64,000 nucleotides of DNA from the NCBI GenBank assembly GCA_902613995.1, contig CACMJG010000003.1, positions 70,054 through 134,053 of the forward strand, in the 5' to 3' direction. Made by a program: the position numbers and the translations under genes. Numbering within the stretch: the first letter of the stretch is position 1; every line of letters begins with the position of its first letter. The notes beneath the pieces are model-generated. The model was given only the letters and a program-made list of their open reading frames with translations, searched no databases and was not told where the DNA came from. Below, in pieces: positions 56,154 to 64,000 of this stretch. The stretch is from an uncultured Alphaproteobacteria bacterium (GTDB lineage: Bacteria; Pseudomonadota; Alphaproteobacteria; Methylaequorales; Methylaequoraceae).

Positions 56154-57956
56154 TTAGTATTTGTTTAACGCTAATTCCATTATTCTTTTAGCAATAGGAG
56201 CAGCAACTTTTGAACCGCTTCCCATATGTTCTGCAATTACTGAAAGTGAATACTTTGGTTTGTCAAAAGGTGCAAAACATGTAAATATTGAATGATCTCT
56301 TAGTTTATAGTTCAACTCTTCATTTTTGATTACACCATCCTCCCTCTCCTCTAAACTTATTCTTCTTACTTGCGAAGTCCCGGTCTTGCCAGCCATTTTA
56401 TAATTACCAGGTAGTTTGGAATTGAATGCCGTTCCAGTACTACTATTTACAACTGAAAACATTGAGGATTTAATAAATTCTAAATTTTCATTTCTAATAT
56501 TTAAATTTTCAAACTCTTTCTTATTTGTAATAATAGTAGGTATTATTTTTTTCCCCGTTGCAATTCTTGCTGTCATCAATGTTATTTGAAGAGGAGTTGA
56601 CAACATAAATCCTTGACCAATAACAGTGTTTAGGGTTTCACCTTTTTGCCATTTTTCGTTTCTATTTTTGATTTTCCATTTTCTATCAGGCATAATACCT
56701 TTTAACTCATTTGGAATATCAATACCTGTTCTTTGTCCATATGAAAACAAATTTGAAAATTTTGCAAGATCGTCTATTTTTACGGTTTTAGCTAAGTTAT
56801 AAAAGTAACAATCGCAAGATTTTTCAATAGCTTCATGTAAATTTACATATCCATGACCTTCTTTCTTCCAACAATGAAATTTTCTATTTCCAAAAGATAC
56901 ATGCCCAGAGCATAGAAACTTTTTATTCTTATTAAATTTTTGATTTTCAATAGCATGTAACGCTGTAACTAATTTGTAGGTTGATCCAGGTGAATAAAGA
57001 CCTGCAATACACCTATTAAGGAGAGGATTAAATTCGTCAGCCAATAATTTATTCCATTTTTTTAAACTAACACCATCGCTAAATTCATTATTATTAAAAG
57101 CAGGTGATGAGTATAAACAATTTACACCCCCATTCTGACAATTAATCATTACAACTGCACCTCTGATTCCTCGCATTTCTTCAGATGCTTTATTTTGTAT
57201 CTCACTTATTAGATTTGTTTTAATGTTCCCACCAGGTACTGCATATTTTTTATTCAGTTCTTTTTTGACAGCTCCTTTAGAGTCAGTCTCGAATTTAATC
57301 CAACCGTCTTTACCCAAGAGCTTTGAGTCTAGTTTTTTTTCAACTCCTGCAATTCCAACTTTAAGGTTTGACAATTTCTTTTTAGTAACATTCTTTTTAA
57401 AGCCGACATAACCAAGTACATGTGAAAATATTAAATCGTTTTCATAGTTCCTAACTTTTTCTTTAGTAATAATTAAGAAAGGAAATTTATTTTTCATAAA
57501 TTCAAAAAATTCAAGCTCGTTCCAGCTCAAATTTCTTTTAATAGTAATGAAGTCTGAAAGGTCTTGCTCATTAAAGTTGTTTTTGATTAATTCTAAGTCC
57601 ATTTCGGAAAAATTTATATGACCTCTAAGTTTTTTCACATAATCATAAACTAAATTTTTCTTATCTTTAAATATGCTTAATTGATAATCGATTCTATTAG
57701 AAGCTATGGGCTTATCATATAAATCAAAAATTATTCCTCTTTCTGGATAAACAATTTTTAATTTAATTCTGTTTGTATCAGATAATTTTCCGTATTTGGA
57801 TTTTTGAAGAATTTGTAAATAAAAAAGTTTACCAAATACTAAAAAAGTAAAAAAGGTTTTTGAGAGTCCAAGTATAAGAGCTCTTCTTTTAATTTTTTTT
57901 TCAAAATTTACTTCTCTACTCATTATAACTTCTGAATCTATAGCTAAGTCTATCAA
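56154..57956 (-). CDS. mrdA: penicillin-binding protein 2 (elongasome transpeptidase)
   Basis: SPGSTYK (SxxK) and KTGTSQV motifs. The likely true start is the internal MSREVNF (about 57923). Confidence 0.93.
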   Translation of the reverse strand: MIDLAIDSEVIMSREVNFEKKIKRRALILGLSKTFFTFLVFGKLFYLQILQKSKYGKLSDTNRIKLKIVYPERGIIFDLYDKPIASNRIDYQLSIFKDKKNLVYDYVKKLRGHINFSEMDLELIKNNFNEQDLSDFITIKRNLSWNELEFFEFMKNKFPFLIITKEKVRNYENDLIFSHVLGYVGFKKNVTKKKLSNLKVGIAGVEKKLDSKLLGKDGWIKFETDSKGAVKKELNKKYAVPGGNIKTNLISEIQNKASEEMRGIRGAVVMINCQNGGVNCLYSSPAFNNNEFSDGVSLKKWNKLLADEFNPLLNRCIAGLYSPGSTYKLVTALHAIENQKFNKNKKFLCSGHVSFGNRKFHCWKKEGHGYVNLHEAIEKSCDCYFYNLAKTVKIDDLAKFSNLFSYGQRTGIDIPNELKGIMPDRKWKIKNRNEKWQKGETLNTVIGQGFMLSTPLQITLMTARIATGKKIIPTIITNKKEFENLNIRNENLEFIKSSMFSVVNSSTGTAFNSKLPGNYKMAGKTGTSQVRRISLEEREDGVIKNEELNYKLRDHSIFTCFAPFDKPKYSLSVIAEHMGSGSKVAAPIAKRIMELALNKY

Positions 57957-58413
57957 CTATAAAAAAAAATAAAGGGAATAACGCAATACTAAAAATAAAA
58001 CTGAGAGCTAAATTCTTTATAACTATCTTATTCTCGTTGAAGAAAATTATTGTTAGTGAAATAATAAATATATAAGCCGTTAAACTAATTATGTATTTAA
58101 TCCAAGTTTCTTTAAAGTCATTTGATATTAGATCATTAAATTTCCTTCTACATGAATAATGTAACAACAAAAAAAACAAACAAGTAACTCCTACAATTCC
58201 GCCTTGTATGAGATCATAAAGTGTACTTAAAAAAAAAATTGATATGGGTGAAAATTGTTTGAAGTTAGAGCATATCCAGCAGTAAAAAACTGTAAAAAAC
58301 ATATAAGGTTTTATCATTTCTTCTTGAAAAAAATAATTAGGTGTGGATTCAAAAAAAATGAAAAATAAAACAAATATATAGGGTGTTGATTTAGACACCA
58401 AACTATAAAGCAT
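57916..58413 (-). CDS. mreD: rod shape-determining protein MreD
   Basis: 165-aa polytopic membrane ORF between mreC and mrdA. Confidence 0.8.
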   Translation of the reverse strand: MLYSLVSKSTPYIFVLFFIFFESTPNYFFQEEMIKPYMFFTVFYCWICSNFKQFSPISIFFLSTLYDLIQGGIVGVTCLFFLLLHYSCRRKFNDLISNDFKETWIKYIISLTAYIFIISLTIIFFNENKIVIKNLALSFIFSIALFPLFFFIVDRLSYRFRSYNE

Positions 58414-58424
58414 ACATGACTTAC

Positions 58425-59264
58425 CTAATCTTCAAATACATTTGTAAAATTATATATTAAAACATTAACATAGATTGAATCCGTTTTTTTTGCAAATGGC
58501 AAAACAAAAACCTCATTTAAAGTTTTCACAACTCTGCCAATTTTGATTCCTTCTTTAAAATATCCAGCAGCATCAGTAGAGACTATAAGTTCACCGTGTT
58601 TCAGACCAAATTTTTTTTCAATATGCTTTAGTTCTAATCTTTTATTTCCTCCTTGTACAAAAAAAGATTGTTTAGTGTTGACCGAGACTACTGGAACAAC
58701 GGAATTTTCGTCAAAAATTGTAAGAACTTTTGAAGAGTTTTGTCCTAACTCAATTATTCTTCCCAACAAGCCATTTTCATTAAAAACAAGATCATTAATT
58801 TTCAAGCCATCTTTTTTTCCAACATCTATGTATATTAAAGATCCAGCGTCTTTGTAAGCATCAATTAAAATTCTAGCTGTTATTTTTTTTACATAATCAA
58901 CTTCTCTGATTTTCAATAAATTTTTCAACCTTTGGTTTTCAAGTAACAAAAAATTTTTCTTATCTAATTCTGCAGTTAATTTTTTGTTTTCTTCTAACAA
59001 TACTAAGTTTTTCTCTTTTGCTATCCTAATTTCGTTAACATAAATTAATGAATTATTAAAAATCTGAAAAGGCTTGCCCACGGCAATGAAAATTGGTTTA
59101 CAGAAAGAGATTGTTGAATATCTTAAGAACTGTACTGTTTTTGAATCAATAATTGAAAGTACAAAAAGTGTTATTGAAAAAGAAATGCAGAGAAAGACAC
59201 TTAATACATAGCTATTAAGAATACTGGAATTAAATCCTCTCCCAAAAGACGACTTGTATACCAT
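58425..59264 (-). CDS. mreC: rod shape-determining protein MreC
   Basis: N-terminal TM, a coiled-coil (ENKKLTAELDKKN..LENQRLKNLL), then a beta-barrel domain. Sits downstream of mreB. Confidence 0.88.
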   Translation of the reverse strand: MVYKSSFGRGFNSSILNSYVLSVFLCISFSITLFVLSIIDSKTVQFLRYSTISFCKPIFIAVGKPFQIFNNSLIYVNEIRIAKEKNLVLLEENKKLTAELDKKNFLLLENQRLKNLLKIREVDYVKKITARILIDAYKDAGSLIYIDVGKKDGLKINDLVFNENGLLGRIIELGQNSSKVLTIFDENSVVPVVSVNTKQSFFVQGGNKRLELKHIEKKFGLKHGELIVSTDAAGYFKEGIKIGRVVKTLNEVFVLPFAKKTDSIYVNVLIYNFTNVFED

Positions 59265-59267
59265 AAT

Positions 59268-60314
<1,047 letters not shown>

Positions 60315-60352
60315 TTAATTTTTTACATGCAAAATTCACAAAAATCAATAAA

Positions 60353-61933
60353 TTAAATCACATGCTTATTTAGTTTCTCGTTTGAAGTTTGAAAAACTGA
60401 TTTGGAGTCATCTGCTCTTTTTCTTTTCAGTATAAGCTTATTCATTGCATTTATGTAAGCTTTAGCAGAGGCAACCATTGTATCGATATCGCTTCCTTGT
60501 CCTTGAACAGAAATTGATTTTTCCTCTAGTCTAACATTAACCTCTGCTTGCGCATCCGTACCTTTTGTAATCGCATTAACCTGATAAACAATCAAATTAG
60601 CCTTATTTGGAATTAAAGCTTTTAAGGCATTAAAAATTGCGTCAATAGGCCCATTTCCAACTTCCTTTATTAACTTTTTTTCTCCAAAGATTTCTAATTT
60701 TAATTTTGCTTCTGCATTTTTACCTTGACCACACTTTAACGAAAGATCAATTAAATTAATTGGCATCTTTTTTTGAAAATTCTTTTCGCTTTCTACCATT
60801 GCATATAAATCTTCTTCAAAAACTTGTTTTTTCTTATCAGCTAAATTTTTAAACTGCTTAAAAAGTTTATTAATATTTTTTTCATCGAAATCATATCCTA
60901 ACTCATTAAGTTTAACTTTAAATGCATGTCTTCCCGAATGTTTACCTAAGACAAGTTCAGAAGAGGACAGTCCTATTGATTCTGGTGTAATAATTTCATA
61001 TGTATTAGCATTTTTTAACATACCATCTTGATGAATTCCTGATTCATGCGCAAAGGCATTCTTTCCAACTATTGCTTTATTTGGTTGGACTGGAAAACCG
61101 GTTATTGTTGAAACAAGATGAGATATAACAGTTATTTTCTTTGTATTAATATCTGTATAAAAAGGGAGCTTGTCAGCTCTGGTCTTAAGACACATTACTA
61201 TTTCTTCTAAAGCAGCATTACCTGCTCTCTCACCAATTCCATTTACTGTACACTCAACCTGTCTTGCTCCTTCTATTATAGCAGACAAAGAATTTGATAC
61301 TGCCAGGCCTAGATCATTGTGACAATGAACTGAAATTACTGCCTTATCAATGTTTGAAACATTATTTTTAATTTTTTTAATCAAAGATGCAAACTCTTTC
61401 GGGATCGCATAACCCACTGTATCTGGAATATTAATAGTCGTTGCGCCAGAACTAATTGCTACTTCTATACTTTTGTAGAGAAAGTCGAGGTTAGTCCTTG
61501 AGGCATCTTCGGGTGACCACTCGATGTCAGAGGTATATTTTGAGGCTTTAGTAATACTTTTCTTAATCGATTCAAGTACCTCTTTTTTAGACATTCTCAG
61601 CTTATATTTCATATGCAAGTCACTTGTGGAAATAAAGGTATGTATCCTTTTTCTTTCTGCCTGCGCAAGTGCTTCACCAGCAGTATCTATATCTTTATCC
61701 TGAGCTCTTGCGAGACCACATATAATTGAATGAGTAGATATCTCAGATACTTTTTTTACTGCTTGAAAATCACCTTTCGACGCAAACGGAAATCCAGCTT
61801 CAATAATATCAACTTTCATTTCATTAAGTTTTGTGGCTATCTCAACTTTATCTTCGATAGACATCGAAGCACCAGCTGATTGCTCACCATCTCTTAGGGT
61901 AGTATCAAAAATTATTATTTTATTCTTTTTCAT
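60353..61933 (-). CDS. leuA: 2-isopropylmalate synthase
   Basis: IIFDTTLRDGEQ, HCHNDLGLAV and the C-terminal LeuA dimerisation/regulatory domain. Confidence 0.94.
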   Translation of the reverse strand: MKKNKIIIFDTTLRDGEQSAGASMSIEDKVEIATKLNEMKVDIIEAGFPFASKGDFQAVKKVSEISTHSIICGLARAQDKDIDTAGEALAQAERKRIHTFISTSDLHMKYKLRMSKKEVLESIKKSITKASKYTSDIEWSPEDASRTNLDFLYKSIEVAISSGATTINIPDTVGYAIPKEFASLIKKIKNNVSNIDKAVISVHCHNDLGLAVSNSLSAIIEGARQVECTVNGIGERAGNAALEEIVMCLKTRADKLPFYTDINTKKITVISHLVSTITGFPVQPNKAIVGKNAFAHESGIHQDGMLKNANTYEIITPESIGLSSSELVLGKHSGRHAFKVKLNELGYDFDEKNINKLFKQFKNLADKKKQVFEEDLYAMVESEKNFQKKMPINLIDLSLKCGQGKNAEAKLKLEIFGEKKLIKEVGNGPIDAIFNALKALIPNKANLIVYQVNAITKGTDAQAEVNVRLEEKSISVQGQGSDIDTMVASAKAYINAMNKLILKRKRADDSKSVFQTSNEKLNKHVI

Positions 61934-61945
61934 ACTTATTAGATG

Positions 61946-62974
<1,029 letters not shown>

Positions 62975-63487
62975 TTATCTTCTTATGTAATCTTTACCTA
63001 ATGCCATTGATACTAAGCCGGATCTAGTTAACTCAACAATATTATACACCTTCATTTTTTTTATCAAACCGGAAATTTCAGTCGGAGTGCCTGAAAATTC
63101 TATAATTATAGTGGTTTTGTCCTCAAATAAAATCTTTGCTCCAATATTTTTTATATGTTTGTGGACTTCTAAAACTGTTTTCTGTTTTATATCCAATTTC
63201 ATTAAAATCAACTCTTTTCCTATAAAACTTTTTAACTCCGTTATATCTATTAAATTGTGAACGGGAATAAGCTTTCTTACTTGAGCTTTAATTTGATCTA
63301 TAATATTTTTTGTTCCTGAAGTTACAACAGTTACTCTAGATAGAAATTTATCAGAATCTACTTCAGATACAGAAAGACTTTCAATATTGTATCCTCTTCC
63401 AGAAAAAAGCCCTACAACCCTTGCCAAAACTCCTGGTTCGTTATCAACCATAATTGAGAGAATATGTTTGGAATGAGATTCTGCCAT
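62975..63487 (-). CDS. ilvH: acetolactate synthase small (regulatory) subunit
   Basis: The H.LS..V.NEPGVLARV.GLFSGRGYNIESL ACT domain. Confidence 0.93.
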   Translation of the reverse strand: MAESHSKHILSIMVDNEPGVLARVVGLFSGRGYNIESLSVSEVDSDKFLSRVTVVTSGTKNIIDQIKAQVRKLIPVHNLIDITELKSFIGKELILMKLDIKQKTVLEVHKHIKNIGAKILFEDKTTIIIEFSGTPTEISGLIKKMKVYNIVELTRSGLVSMALGKDYIRR

Positions 63488-63496
63488 TATTACATA

Positions 63497-64000
63497 CTAA
63501 ACAAGAACCATTCCTTCTTCTGAAATCTCCCCCTCTAATTTATCATTTGGACCAAGAAGCATTTGGTCATGTGTAGATCCTGAAGGTATCATTGGAAAAC
63601 AATTTTCTTTTGGATCAACCACGACATCGCATATAACTGGTCCTTTTATTTTGATCATTTCTTTTATTAGATCATCCATTTCCCCAGGTTTGTTTACACG
63701 AAGTCCGGTTGCTCCAAATGATTCAGCAAGTTTTACGAAATCTGGAAGTGAATCCATATATGACTCTGAAAGTCTATTCCCATGAAGTAGCTCTTGCCAT
63801 TGTCTGACCATACCCATGTAACGATTATTAAGAATAAAAATTTTTACAGGTAATCTATACTGTTTAATTGTTGACATTTCTTGAATATTCATAAGTATGG
63901 AGGCTTCTCCAGCAACATCTATAACTAAATCTTTTGGATGTGCAATCTGAACACCCATAGCCGCAGGTAATCCATAACCCATCGTACCTAATCCACCTGA
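63497..64000 (-). CDS. ilvB: acetolactate synthase large subunit, C-terminal part (continues beyond window)
   Basis: GTMGYGLPAAMG and the NN..MGMVRQWQ ThDP-binding region. The frame stays open to the window edge. Confidence 0.92.
   Translation of the reverse strand, partial: SGGLGTMGYGLPAAMGVQIAHPKDLVIDVAGEASILMNIQEMSTIKQYRLPVKIFILNNRYMGMVRQWQELLHGNRLSESYMDSLPDFVKLAESFGATGLRVNKPGEMDDLIKEMIKIKGPVICDVVVDPKENCFPMIPSGSTHDQMLLGPNDKLEGEISEEGMVLV

Overview
Identifications come from reading motifs in the supplied translations and sequence; no database search was run.

The window is strongly AT-rich and extremely gene-dense. Most spacers are 0-20 nt, and many start/stop junctions overlap as ATGA, TTGA or TAATG. 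Gene content, order and compactness look alphaproteobacterial and fit a streamlined marine Pelagibacterales (SAR11)-type genome; this is inference.

There are about 70 protein genes, nearly all housekeeping:
- rpsD, cimA, gltX, nadE, class II DAHP synthase, gor, cysS
- glmU-glmS, tsaC, murA-hisG-hisD-infA-maf, dcd plus a MazG-like gene, pyrC
- an asnB-like gene plus four glycosyltransferases (envelope-glycan cluster)
- glyQS, ispB / ABC1 kinase / COQ9-like, apt
- mreBCD-mrdA-rodA and leuA-ilvC-ilvH-ilvB (ilvB partial at the window edge)

RNA genes are one canonical tRNA-Phe and one atypical tRNA-Thr-like cloverleaf. I saw no rRNA, CRISPR array, transposase or integrase.

Most interesting observations:
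1. The segment directly behind glmS (about 16.4-19.65 kb) holds three copies of the glmS 3-prime coding tail: one functional and two relics. Each is ATGA-coupled to a following ORF, and together they delimit small cassettes.
2. One cassette carries a DUF3427-HNH protein, a putative modification-dependent nuclease, in an overlapping three-gene operon.
3. A perfect tRNA-geometry cloverleaf with non-canonical D and T loops ends 2 nt before the start codon of a DAACS transporter. Its acceptor 3-prime strand contains that gene's Shine-Dalgarno.
4. A tightly packed operon encodes a MotA/ExbB-like channel, an ExbD-like anchor with an unusual beta-rich domain, a 2-TM protein and a lipoprotein.
5. Smaller oddities are a YidD-GNAT fusion and a nadE N-terminus that needs a non-canonical start codon.
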